A stretch of 62,066 nt of DNA, filler included, from Hausera hauseri (GCA_046269625.1; 11 parts of 11 records of this genome joined end to end with filler, not necessarily neighbours in it), one strand, 5' to 3'; positions 41,328 to 53,734 are shown, numbered from the whole stretch's first letter. Program-made: numbers and translations. Notes: a model not told the origin generated them from the letters alone.

Positions 41328-42159
41328 TTACAAACGCAAATTCATCAATATCAAAAGACGAAGAGATGACTCTGACGAACACGAGCCTAAGGGAGGAGAC
41401 ACTATCTCCAGGAGAAATAGACATAAAAACTATACTGTTATAAAACCACCATTACCTATATTACCGCCAACTGCGCCTTTATATGAATATTGTGCAAAAC
41501 AATCTGAGTTCATATCAAACGGATATCTATAGAAAACCGTTCAGCCTTGAGGATCCTTATAAAGGAACAAAACACTATGGTGTTTTACGCAAAGTACACG
41601 AAACGAAAAGAACATCTGCTCCGCATCGTCGTCCAGCAGTTGACGATTAGAGAATATTTTACTCATCTAGAGTACCCATGACGCACGAAATGCGATTAAC
41701 ATTTTTAAAAGACCGCGAAATGCAGACTTGAAAACCAAGAAATGCAGTCAGCAGTTAGAAGACAGGAAACAGAAATCGTCAATAGCGCGAACATTGAATT
41801 GTATCCAAATGTAGAACTAAGACAGTTAATCAACCATCCAGTTTCACCCACTGAAATTAGAATTAACTGATATAAGGTATCAACGATTCAACATCCAAAA
41901 ATAGCACCGAATTACTATGGTACGGTAATTGAAGGTAGACCTTTCTCGAAAATTCGGTTAGAAGATTGGGAAGTTTACGCACTGAAAGACACAAGATCCG
42001 AAATATCGTTGATAAAGCATGACTCAATAGCGCAGTTTCTAAGGAAACAATTATATCGACCTCAAACAACAAATCCAGGAAGTATTGGAGCTTTTGGACA
42101 GTCATCAAAAGGCAAATATCGATGGAACCCAAAAATTTACATAATGGGATAAATCTGTT

Positions 42160-43360
42160 CACCATGAATTCTCAGTAATGAAACAGTTAACGGATAATGT
42201 GGTATTAGGATGTGATCTTTTACGATAACTACCAAGTGTAGCCATAAACTTTCATGCAGGAAAATTAGTAGAACTCGGTCGGATAAAAGGAGTTAAAGCT
42301 ACTAAAGATAGAAAATGTGGAGAAGTATGGATCCCAGTGGATGAAAACATTCCACCCAGAACTGAAATGTTAATATATGCTCAGATTCGTCAAGATAGCA
42401 ACCAGTCAGTATATTTTTATCCAAAAGAATCATTAAACCTAAGCATTTTTCTCGGTAATGTATCAACAAGAGTGTCAACGGGNNNNNNNNNNTGTGCCAA
42501 TGAGAATAGCTAATAATGCACCGATCCCAATCAAATTGTACGCCAATACCACCTTAGGTCATTCATATAGAGTATCATCGAAAACTATTGAAGTAACTCC
42601 TTACAAATGTGCCGAATTTCCACGTCACGTCGAAACTAAATTCTCACCGAAACCATACTGTCGTTTTTACGAACTACTTTGTCTTTAAAGTTCAGTCATC
42701 GCTAAAGACGAAGAAGATATTGGTAGAGCTAAAGCCTTAAGATTAACAATTTCGATTAAGAAAAAGCCTGGTTCAAATGATGAAATTTATGTAGATCAAA
42801 ATATACCAAAATGGTATCCTCCTCCGCACTCGTTAAGACCCGAGATAAAAAAGGAAGTTGAACGTATGCTTAAGACTGATATAATTTGACCGAGATATAG
42901 ATTTTGGTACTCGCCCATACTTATGGTTAAAAAGAAAGGTACTACAAAACATCGATTTGGTATCGATTATCGAGCGTTAAACACCCTTATGATGAAGGAT
43001 TCCGTCCCATTACAATTAGTAAAAGAAGCCCGGGATAGACTCGCCGGTGCAAAATGGTTTACCACGCTAGACTTGCAATCTGGATATTGACAAGTGGAAA
43101 TAGAGAACGAAAACCGATATAAAATCTCATTTAAAACACACGACGGTGTATATTAATTTAACGTTATGCCATTCGGGATAACTACCGGACCAGCCATTGT
43201 TACTCGAATGATGAGTGAAATGTTGACGGGACTGGAATACGCACTTGTGTACTTGGATGACGTAATGATCGCATCAAAAACGGAAGAAGAACACTTAAAA
43301 TGTATCGTGGAGTAAGCAGGATTGAAATTGAATCCTAAGAAATGTAAATGGGCTCAAAAT
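42160..43360 (+). mobile_element. Different Gypsy family: protease C-terminus, beta-rich spacer and RT, decayed and truncated by the contig end
   Basis: VVLGCDLL, SPILMVKKK..RFGIDYRALN, FTTLDLQSGY, MPFG, YLDD, LNPKKC. Confidence 0.88.
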
Positions 43361-43460
43361 NNNNNNNNNNNNNNNNNNNNNNNNNNNNNNNNNNNNNNNN
43401 NNNNTTAATTAATTAANNNNNNNNNNNNNNNNNNNNNNNNNNNNNNNNNNNNNNNNNNNN

Positions 43461-44137
43461 TTCTTCTTTTCAATTCGCTCCACTACATATGTATTCATCC
43501 CCTGAGAAGTACGGGGTCCTAAGAAAAATTTTCTTTCTTCCTCCTTGGCCTCTTGGAGCATCTTGTATAATTCATTTTCTTCCGAGCAGTTTTCAATCGC
43601 CATATAGATAACAAATTGACGCAGATTACATTCTTTCTCATCTTTGTCATCTTTTCTTACCTCTACCACCTGCACTTCCGGAACGGAATAAAGGTTTGGA
43701 TCAAGCCCCGGCAGGTTATACTGATGGCTGTCCAGTACTGCATGAATCTGCTGTAGTTCCTTAACTTTTACATATGGATATAATTCTGCTATCTTCTCAG
43801 GATATTCCATGACCTCTTTTAAGTCCTTTTCCTGAATGTATGCTCGTTTCTTTTGTTCTTCGTGAAGTGTCTTTAAATCGATCTTATCCGGTGATGAAGT
43901 ATCTACCTCTGTCAAATCCACTTGTGGCATTGGCATATATCCTTGCGGAAGCATATTAGAAATTGCGCAGTATAGCCGGCCTTCCCGGATTTTTCTTACC
44001 AAGGCAGCCGCCTGCTCATCCGAATTTCTTTCTGCATAATGATAGATCATAGAGCCAAATATCTTCTGCGAATCCGGAATTTGGGTCAGCCGCCCTGTCA
44101 GTTTCATACAAATCTCGAAAACATCTACCTTTTTCAT
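43461..44137 (-). CDS. Divergent type III CRISPR Cas5/Csm4-like RAMP; 3' end runs into the gap
   Basis: PDSQKIFGSM (cf. Csm4 SDTLFGAL), ISNMLP..YMPMP, KKRAYI and a C-terminal G-loop LGPRTSQGMN. It lies directly after csm3 and has an AGGAGG RBS. Confidence 0.7.
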
Positions 44138-44145
44138 CTATTCTG

Positions 44146-44151
44146 CCTCCT
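44146..44151 (-). promoter_or_regulatory. Shine-Dalgarno AGGAGG overlapping the csm3 stop codon
   Basis: TAGGAGGCAGAATAGATG on the minus strand. Confidence 0.8.
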
Positions 44152-44836
44152 ATCTGACATCAATCCGAACTCTGCCATAACCTCTGCTGCCAGATCCTCC
44201 AAGTCGATAAATACCTGAATTGAACTCCAGCAAAGATTTTTCTACAAACTCTCTAATGCCCTTTATCCCAAGTCTTTCCATTCGATAGAGCAGAATATCT
44301 CCGGTAAAAACAACTCCTGGACGCACCGTTTTATAGGTTCTTGGCTTTGCATTTATCTGGTCTTCCACAACATCAATTCTATTTTTGGAATCTATTGAAA
44401 ATAATTCTCTTTCTTCCTGGCCTTCTTTTACTATCAAATCATTAAAAATCAGTTTGGGGGCATCATTGAAGCCCTGTACTCCAAACAGGTATTCCGCAGA
44501 AACTTCTCTAATTGTCTTTGCAAACCGTTCGTTAATTCCTTCTTTTCTCTCAGGTTCAATCTTTTCTGCTGCTCTTTTCAAATTCTCTTTATTCTTTTCT
44601 TCTAGATCGCTAAAATATTTTTCATACGCGTGTGCAATCTCTTTTGCCGCGCTGTCAGACTCCATGTCGCTGATAATTCTGCGCAGCACGCCCTTTAAAG
44701 AAGAGGCAGGAATCAATGGCTTATTATGAAAATCGGTCTTCGTGTACTGATCTATGCCTCCAATCTCAAATGAGGATGGAGTATCCCCAATAAACAAGTT
44801 TGATAACGTCGTTAATTCTATCTTAATTCTTTCCAT
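44150..44836 (-). CDS. csm3: Type III CRISPR Cas7-family RAMP (Csm3-like crRNA backbone/RNase)
   Basis: LTTLSNLFIG, IGGID (putative catalytic Asp29), PLIPASSLKGVLR, LFG, LIFNDL, NRID, PR..VRPG..F and the G-rich loop LGGSGSRGYGRV. Confidence 0.92.
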   Translation of the reverse strand: MERIKIELTTLSNLFIGDTPSSFEIGGIDQYTKTDFHNKPLIPASSLKGVLRRIISDMESDSAAKEIAHAYEKYFSDLEEKNKENLKRAAEKIEPERKEGINERFAKTIREVSAEYLFGVQGFNDAPKLIFNDLIVKEGQEERELFSIDSKNRIDVVEDQINAKPRTYKTVRPGVVFTGDILLYRMERLGIKGIREFVEKSLLEFNSGIYRLGGSGSRGYGRVRIDVR

Positions 44837-44842
44837 CTCGTT

Positions 44843-44848
44843 CCTCCC
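44843..44848 (-). promoter_or_regulatory. Shine-Dalgarno GGGAGG for csm3
   Basis: GGGAGGAACGAGATG on the minus strand. Confidence 0.8.
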
Positions 44849-44859
44849 ATTAACAATGA

Positions 44860-45243
44860 TTATTTCGTTGACAGATAATGAATTTTAGCCCTGTTAAATC
44901 GATAAAAGATCATTAAGGCATCTACATATTCTTTCTTCCATAAGCCAGACTTTGCTGCCGTACTCTTGAAATCCTTTTCCCTAAAATACAAGTTCCCTGG
45001 CGGCTGTGTGCATTTTCTCTCTTCCTCTTCTTTGAGATAATCTTCTTCCGTCTTGGGATTCAAGGCTGTTATCATTACAGCCGCAGCATCAATATCCATA
45101 TCGAATCTTTTAAAGCGCATAAACATGGAGTTTGTAATTTGCAGAGTCTGGTAAACCTCTACAGAACTATCCTTATTGGGATTCGGGTTTGTATAAAAAG
45201 CCTTATTTACAAATATATCTGATTTGCAGTGTCCCCCTTTTAA
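44860..45243 (-). CDS. 5'-truncated type III subunit (Cas10 C-terminus or atypical Cas11/Csm2)
   Basis: The frame stays open 39 codons upstream of the tracked ATG, up to the junction with a eukaryotic repeat. It occupies the operon position before csm3 and ends in the helix EYVDALMIFYRF. Confidence 0.55.
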   Translation of the reverse strand, partial: LKGGHCKSDIFVNKAFYTNPNPNKDSSVEVYQTLQITNSMFMRFKRFDMDIDAAAVMITALNPKTEEDYLKEEEERKCTQPPGNLYFREKDFKSTAAKSGLWKKEYVDALMIFYRFNRAKIHYLSTK

Positions 45244-47278
45244 CTAAATATAAATATTGTCAGAGAGATATGCAAAATATAATGTTAATTAATAATATAA
45301 AAAACGTTTGCGAAGAAAGACCAAATAATGCTTTTGGAGCCATCAAATGTGACAGCATTTTGCACTTATTCAAATTTCCCCAATAAGTTCAACTACGTTC
45401 GTTCGACAATATTTTCATTCCTATTCCCAAGCTAATGTTTTTATTAAAATGTTCTGATGTTCTGTCAATCTAAAATGTATTGTAATGTAATTTTGGCTAT
45501 CATTTGACTGACCACAGACTATATTCCATGGATACTTTTCATTTCGTCAGAAAATAAAGGAAATGCTGTAAATCGAATATTAAAAGAATATTAGCTCATG
45601 AAAAGTAATGAAAATTTTGTAAAAATTGAAAATTTCTAAGCATAGTGGGGAAATTTGAACAAGTGCGAAATGCTGTTACATTTACATTCGCTTTCTCAGT
45701 GAATATTATATTTTGCACATTTTTGAATATTTGTTATAAAAAATCCAGATTTACTGTAAAATTTGTTCTCACAAAATACGAATCTTGGAAGCAATCACAA
45801 AATTCCATGAGATTGATTTCTTAACAGCCTCATCGAAACCATTGTGCGGTCTGTTAGAAGGATCTTAATTGGATTTTTTAGAAGTTACGAAAAAATGACA
45901 TGAAAGAGAAAAAGTGTTGAACATTGTCATCTGTATATAGATTATTTCTGCTAACCAGCTTTGTTATTATTTAACATCTTTTGATCTAACCATCCCTTTA
46001 GACTCCACAAATAATTATTTCCGAATACAACAAATTTGTTTCTAATATGGTCTCTCTGATATGCATAGATAACACATTCAAGGAATCCCTTAGCACTTAT
46101 CTAAAATTCCCCAACATATCATGTACCAGTATGAAGAATTGGTCAGTAAATATGGGTACTCTATTTTCCAAACTGGCTTTATCGGAAAGCCAACAGAAAA
46201 TTTATTTTGTTTACATACGCGAAGTGCTTTCTTTTCTCAAAGACGATGATATCGATAACTTATCTCGTTTCCACATTCATTTGATGCCCTGTGTTGATAT
46301 TATTAAATCAGCCATTTTTAACAAAATCCAAGATCTTTGTGAAATTTGTCCAGATTTAACAGTAGAAATTCAGTCAAATGAAATAAGTCATTTGAAGTGC
46401 ACATTAGGTTTTTTGTTTGAGTTAAGTTCCTCTGTTTACTTGTTTTCCAATAGCTGATTACTCGAATGGTCTTTTGAATCTAACAGAATGCGTTAATATG
46501 TGTACGAATCAAAATAGACAAAGTCAATCACAATCAGAACCAACTACACCGGTAAAACTCAGCAAACGGTCTTCGTTATTCGAACAACTGAGCAAAAGGG
46601 TTTCAGAATTCGAAAGTTGTATAAATCAAATCAAAAAAGATGCGCATTAATTACTTTGTTGTTGTTTTTTTTTGTATGAAATAAAATGTATAAATAAAAG
46701 TCAATGCGGTGTATTTCTCTATTTATTCATTTGAGTTATTTATCGTCATTGAAATACTAGTTAGACATCAAGTTTCTTTTGGACCATATTTCGGATTGGA
46801 GCTACATCTCGTTGAATCTAAACCAATGGATATTATTTCATCATACAAAATTTTTGCGTGATTTAATGGAAATATATACTGTAAAAATTAATACAGGTTT
46901 AGCTCATTTAGCACTCAAATTGACGTTCCTGAAGATTGAGCGATAACAGAAACACTTTCCCTTTTTTAAATATTTTATTGCTACCTTGAAGTAAAGAATG
47001 AACAAAACAATGATATTTCATTTTAATTTGCAGACATTCTGGTTCATTGAACAAAATTCTATCATTTTTTTGAAGAAACATAACTTTATTGTAAAACGCT
47101 GATTTTGACGAAATTCATCACAGTTCGGTAATGTTACACACTGATTTCAAAAATGGCACATCTTTGGCACTTATCCAGGATTTTCAGATTTTATATGCTT
47201 TTTTTTAATATCGGTGTATCCCAACATAAAACCGGTATAGTACAATTCGACTTACGCAAACTATTGCCACGTTTCGGG

Positions 47279-47410
47279 TTTGATATTGAAACAATAAAAA
47301 GTGGTAAATTTGTTTATATTTCAAATTAATTTACTTATTGATACGAAACTTTTTTCGTGAATATAAAAAATTTTATACAAAAATACTCTTTTATTGTTTC
47401 AATATCAAAT
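47279..47410. repeat. Short inverted repeat (MITE-like)
   Basis: TTTGATATTGAAACAATAAAA ... TTTTATTGTTTCAATATCAAA. Confidence 0.65.
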
Positions 47411-48457
47411 TCAAAATAATGTGCAATTTTTGCCATTGAAATAAAAAAGTTTTCCATACACAAAAAAGTTTGTGTAAAGTTGAGTCGAAAGAAAATTTTT
47501 GTCTATTTCTTTATTTCATATTAGGAAAATACTTAAGCAAGAAGTACCGATATTGGAAATAATTATTATCCAGAACTCAAAAATTTTCATATGTTGGCAC
47601 AAATATTTAAATTCAGCATATATAAGTATAATTTGTTAGATTTGATATCATCAGCATTCTATCACAGATGAGTCAAAAATAGCATAATCGATTTGATTGA
47701 CTTAGAAACAAATCAATTTACGAGATTTTTTCAAAAATGACTAAGTCAGGCTGAAATATAAAATGTTATTCGGATGAAATGTTAACATTTCTGGGAACAT
47801 TACTGTATTTTAGCATTTTCAAGCTACCTACATTGAAAACGTATATATGTATATATTTATTGATTAACTATTTTTTAAAACCATTATTTCCATCACAATA
47901 TAACTTCCTTCTAACAAGATAATTTTTTACAATTTGGAGTAAGTCTGACAAATCTAGACAACCGTGGGAAAATACAATGTGTATAATTAGACAGAATCAG
48001 ATAAGTTTGTTAAACGTGGAAAAATCAGGATCCACAGCTACGACCAAATTATGCACATGAAACAAAATGGTGCCAAAAACTATTTTAGATTATTTTTCAT
48101 CAAAACGCCAAATCGATGGATGTACTGCCATAAAAAGCAAAAAATTAAAGTTGTTACTAAAATTTTGGAGAAATTATCATGAGAAACTTGACGCGAAAAA
48201 TAAACTTAGAAAATTTGAAAATCTACTGGAGCTGTTGAAGGAGAAATCAGTGCTTTATTGTTATATTTACATCATTGAGGCGTCTTGAGAAGAAAATCAA
48301 CAGCTACGGTAATATGAAGACATTTCATNNNNNNNNNNNNNNNNNNNNNNNNNNNNNNNNNNNNNNNNNNNNTTAATTAATTAANNNNNNNNNNNNNNNN
48401 NNNNNNNNNNNNNNNNNNNNNNNNNNNNTTTCTATTCGCTACTTCAATTTTATTGAA

Positions 48458-48890
48458 ATGGTTACCGGTCCAGGTTGGCACCACTACCTTTTCTCTTTGC
48501 TTTTTATGATTCCGCCCGTTTTTGGTCGTCTCGAATTTTTGACCTGTAACTGTTGTCTAGTGATGGCGTCATTTGGTGACACATATTGCTATTATTCTGG
48601 CATGACTCCTGCCACCCTTGGAATCCTAAATCATTTCAGCAAAACAATTCTTTTCCTTAGTCCTCAGATGATAAATTTCGTTTATTCTATTCAACCGTTG
48701 CTTCACTTTATCCTTTGTCCACGACACTGCTTCTTTAGATATTTTGCTACTTTCGACAAAGATACTCATTCTACATTGATATTTAAATTAGCTTCATTGG
48801 GTAAAATTGATAAACGACACTTTCACGTTCTGAAGTATTTGACACTCGTAGGAATTAGTGAACTCGACGATGACTACATAGAAATTAATA
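48458..48890 (+). pseudogene. DPAGT1: DPAGT1/ALG7 (GlcNAc-1-P transferase) fragment, degenerate, with similarity ending next to a Gypsy element
   Basis: HYLFSLLFMIP...GDTYCYYSGMT...GILNHFSKT...PQMINFVYS...CPRH. Confidence 0.8.
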
Positions 48891-49086
48891 AAATCGTCCA
48901 GTCACCTAGTGGCATTGTTAATTACTCACCACTCATACCTTTTCCTGCCAAACCCACCCAACCCAATATCAAACCATCTATGGAAATTAATGGATCTGTA
49001 ATGAGACAATGTGGAATCGAGGCACATTATCGCAAAGTAACCCTCTTAACTTCGTAGGACCACGTTGACATACCACTCTACCCAGC

Positions 49087-52000
49087 TTGCCCCTATCATC
49101 GCTGTTTTCATTCTCCCTTTATGTCAATAATAACTTAATACAAACCGTATATATTACACAACGTATGCAAACAATACAATTATACGCTCTCGTTTATAAT
49201 ACCACCGCCTATACAGATTTTTACCTGACTCATAACGGTTTCATTTCAACTGACCTCAAACAAATCATGGTCTCACATCACCATCTATGTATACACGTAA
49301 ATCCTAGGGTCCGCGGCGGTATTATTGCTGCACTAACTAGTGACACCACCGATAAAGCTACCACAAAACCCAAATCCATTTTCTACTACCCCAAACCAAA
49401 CCATCCACCTACTTTAACCGATGCAAATTCTTCTCACAAAAAGCCTATAAATACTTCCCTACATTGCACTGAATACTTTATAGATAATGAAAAGTCCAGC
49501 AAAACTTGGCTCCACTTCCATCAACTCTGGTTGCTGTCCAACGGTATTACAGACTTGTTATCCAAAGCCCATAATCTACTTTACCTTCTGCCAAACTCCA
49601 TAAAGACCTCAATCCCTAACTTACTAGACATCTTTCAACACCCCAACCCTTATACACAATTGTTCAATGCTGTGTTAAAACAGATAGAACCATAAATTAA
49701 TTCAATAATGCAGCGTTTCTTTAATGAAAACACAATGGGGACCCAAAAATCTAGCGATTTCCTACGCACCTCGTTGGCTCACTTACGTACTTTAGGCGCC
49801 ACCAAGGAACATAACCCGGATCTACGTCGATGATAATTCCCTAACCCTTTACCAATTCACATTAGGGCTTTGCTTACCGTTGTTGACGATTCTACAGCCT
49901 TAGATAAGCTAGCTGAATTGGCCGAAAAAGTACACGAAGTCTTACAAATCCAAGCACAACTCATTATATCAACCGCTATCACGAATGATGACGATCAACC
50001 ACATGCATCCATCGAACACCAATTAAATCAATTACGTGCCGAAAATGCGACACTCCAACACACAATCAACACCATCAACAATAAACTGAACGAGATTTCA
50101 TTGACTCGACGTAAGGGTTTCATACGTAACCGTAACCTTTCAATATCTCCTGGTCGTTCACCTTCACCTGGACGATCACTGATTTGCTATTACCACGGTA
50201 AGTTTGATAGCAATGCGCAAACATGCCACCTAGGGTGCAAATTTTATAATCAAATGTACCATACGGACAACGTCATTTGCATGTATTATGCAAAATTCAG
50301 ACATAATGCACGCAAATGCATTCTAGGTTGCACGTTTGAAAACAAACCCCACCATGCAAATGACGAACGCACAACTTTCGTTTCTAACAGTCTCTCAGGT
50401 TCTCTGTTTTCAAAAAACTGATTTCGCCGCTAGCATTTTCGGCAGATCCTGGCAAAGGCAATTTATCTAATTCCTTTTGCTGACACACTTCATATGCAGT
50501 CTTCACACTAAAGGCTGCTATCTCTAATCCTAACATTTAATCCACAGATTTTCTTATCGATACTGGTGCAGCGATATCATTACTTCCACTTTCTTTTCCG
50601 GTTCAACATTCTTCATCTAAAATAAAACCTTTATGCACTGCATCTGGTCAATTTCTCCGGATTTTCAGAACTTGTAAATTATCTTTTACTTTACCAAACT
50701 TTTCCTTTTCATTCCATTGGAAGTTTACAGTTGCTAACGTCCATACGGCAATACTTGGCTCAGATTTCCTTTCGCACTATAATTTGCTAGTCGATTGTAA
50801 CCGACGCTGCTTACACCTGTAGACCGTAGCACAGGTTTAGACAGCATTCCAACGACACCAGAGGCAACGTTAAGTAAAAATTCTATTTAAAACAGTCGGT
50901 ACCTCGTTCTAATCCCATTAACTATCACGTTTTGTATTGTAAGTTTCAAAAGGACAATGTCGACAGACAATCACAACTCAATGTGGACACTGACGATCTG
51001 GTATTTTCTGTAAAATCGTTGAACAATAACACTTACTCAAACACGGTTCCGGACCCGACCATCCTACTACAAATTCCACTTGATTCCTCATCTACAACCA
51101 ATTACCATACACCAAGTACTGATAGCAACCTCGGTACATCGTCCAGCAACTACCCACAAGTTTAGGACAATTCGTACATACTTTTTGTCCTCGTATATTC
51201 CATAAAGATAGGAATTTCATCCCAGTAAACAGCATTTATCACCATATAATTACAAGACATCAAAGGTCAATTAGACAAAAGGTCCTTCCATTGCCATCTC
51301 AAAATATTCTCAAATCGATCAAATCTCATCAGATAGTCGACGGCGTAGCCTTAGATACCTCCAAACCAGGACCGTCCAAAATAATTCTTGCTCCATCTTT
51401 ACACAAACATGCATTTCATAATGTACATTCGTTACATCATCTTGGTGCCAAAGTAACTTTTCGCTTACTTCAACGGCAAGTAGTGTGGCCAACCATGCGT
51501 TAAGATATGCAAGCATGGTTTAAAGAGTGCGTGCCTTGTCAAAAATGTAAAACAATAAAACACCTAAAACCTCCTTTATACCATTTTCCATGCACATCAC
51601 GCTTTGAAACTGTACATATTGATATCGTCGGTCCTCTTCCAATAGACAACGGACATCAATTTATTATGACCATGATGGATCGTGCCTTACGATGGCCGGA
51701 AGCCATTCCACTACGGAACACAAACACTGACACAATAGCCGATATTTTCATCTGCACGTGGATTAGTAGATTCGGATCCCCTCGTTACATCATCTCAAAT
51801 CAAGGCTCTCAATTCGAATCAAATCTGTTCACATCTCTAGTCAACCGATTAGGTATAAATCATATTTATACTACACCCTATCATCCTCAATCAAATGGCC
51901 TGCTCGAATGTTTCCACCGAACCTTGAAAACATCACTTCGAATCCTGGCTCAGTCAAACCCCAACTGGACCACACTTCTACCGTTCGTCCTGCTCGGCTG

Positions 52001-52400
52001 GCGAAACACTCCGTCCACTTCCACGGGATGCTCAACTACTGAGGCCTTATTTGGTACACCTGTTCGCTCCTTGTTTGAATTAACTGCCCTAGATAATACA
52101 CCTACAGACGAAAAGATCAGAGCAGCACAGGACAATTTCGTCGCGGTCAGTAAAGTCTCATTCTGTAGAATATATCACAACAGTAAGACGTATTTACGCG
52201 ACGACTTGTATTCCGAAAGTTCGTTTGACTACGAAATCAAACGCCGTTTGGTTTTCAACTGCAGTATCTAGGGCCCTATAAGCTAATTCAACTACATTCC
52301 CAGAACGCTGTAATTCTCAAATACGGAAAGGAACTAGCAGTCCATATAAATAATGTGAAACCTGCCTTTTTTGTAGACGACACATCTCCAACCGAAACTT
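49087..52400 (+). mobile_element. Third CsRn1-like Gypsy copy: gag (with N-terminal Ubl-like segment), PR and IN; RT/RH deleted
   Basis: Gag NPYTQL...MGTQKSSDFLR, two CHCC knuckles, FLIDTGA, then directly the integrase HHCC and DDE region (HIDIVGPLP, YHPQSNG). Confidence 0.9.
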
Positions 52401-52760
52401 TGCCAAACTTTCTCACTCATGCATTTTCTTTTGTTTCCGCTTCTGTCTCTACTCCTGCTTCATTTTCTGCTGTTTCTGTTTCTGTCCACGCATCCACTTA
52501 ACCTCCTATTCCTATCCCTACACTCAATACGACAGAAGGTAACATTTTTCCTCCTAAAGCATTTCAACAAACGGCGACAAAATCAAAGACAAATCACAAA
52601 ACTGTCACTTTCAACAAATACAGTAAGGAGAGAAACATCGAAGGTATACAACATCTGGTTNNNNNNNNNNNNNNNNNNNNNNNNNNNNNNNNNNNNNNNN
52701 NNNNTTAATTAATTAANNNNNNNNNNNNNNNNNNNNNNNNNNNNNNNNNNNNNNNNNNNN

Positions 52761-53540
52761 ATTCGTTCATCTATTACTTTGGTAATGTACCACTCGGTAT
52801 TCTTAGTGGATTCTACAATATGACTTCTACCTGGATTTTCGGATGAAAAATCGGACCATAACGTCACCTTTGTCAGATGCTTTGTTGTTAAAGAGAAGTG
52901 CTGTGAGGTAGCTGGAAACCCATCAAAATAACGAACAAATTGAGGACAATTATCTCGTAGTTTAATACTTGTTTCATCGCTAAAAATAACTTTATTCCAT
53001 TGACCCATAGTCCATTGTTGGTGAGCTAAGGCTCACTGGTATCGTTTGGTAACTTGAGCATCGATCGAAAACGGTTTCTTCTTCGGCTTTTTAAATTTAC
53101 ATCCTGCTTGCTTTAATCCTCTTTCTATTATCTCAATTATCTACATTATCGCCCTCTTGATCTCATTTCGCACTACAAATCACATAAAGTCTCCTTAAAT
53201 CTCACGCATCAAACTTCGTCTTTCTTCTCCCACAATTCTTGTATGACAGATCACACTTCCCTGTTTCGTTATGCTCCTTAATGATCTTTGAGACAAATGA
53301 TTTACTAACACCAACACATTCACTAATTTCTTTTTGAAACTTACTGGTATTCTCCAACAAAGTTATGACTTTAAATCTATTTTCATTCCGCTCCCCCATT
53401 TATAAAACGTAATAATGGATTAAAATATATCGAATTTCATTAATGCGATATATACATTTCATGATACTTATGCCATGTTGATGAAATAATGCCAGTTTGA
53501 ATAAAATGTGCACCAGTTTCCAACTTGCTGTCGTGGACTG
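52761..53540 (-). mobile_element. Tc1-like transposon, 5' part, decayed
   Basis: TA|CAGTCCACGAC terminus at 53540, N-terminal HTH (53202-53399) and the WNKVIFSDET motif. Confidence 0.85.
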
Positions 53541-53734
53541 TACATTACTGACACTCTCATTGATCAATAATACTATTGTTTTATAAGTACATTTACCATT
53601 TTCAATTTTAAATCCTTCTTTCTTTTCTAATTTTTATTTTTCCATGAAATATTCCTAACGGGTCCGACACATTTCTCAAATTTCGTTAGAGTTACTTTTT
53701 AACATTTTTAATTCATTTTATATTTATATTTTAG

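Noticed and set aside
46047-46457. 136-aa ORF as an additional cas gene
   Set aside because: Opposite strand, beyond the eukaryotic repeat, no SD site and no Cas motif; more likely a eukaryotic exon or relic.
47279-47410. ATTGAAAC-containing repeats near the cas genes as a possible CRISPR array
   Set aside because: Only two copies, inverted rather than direct, with no repeat-spacer periodicity, and located in the eukaryotic part of the contig.
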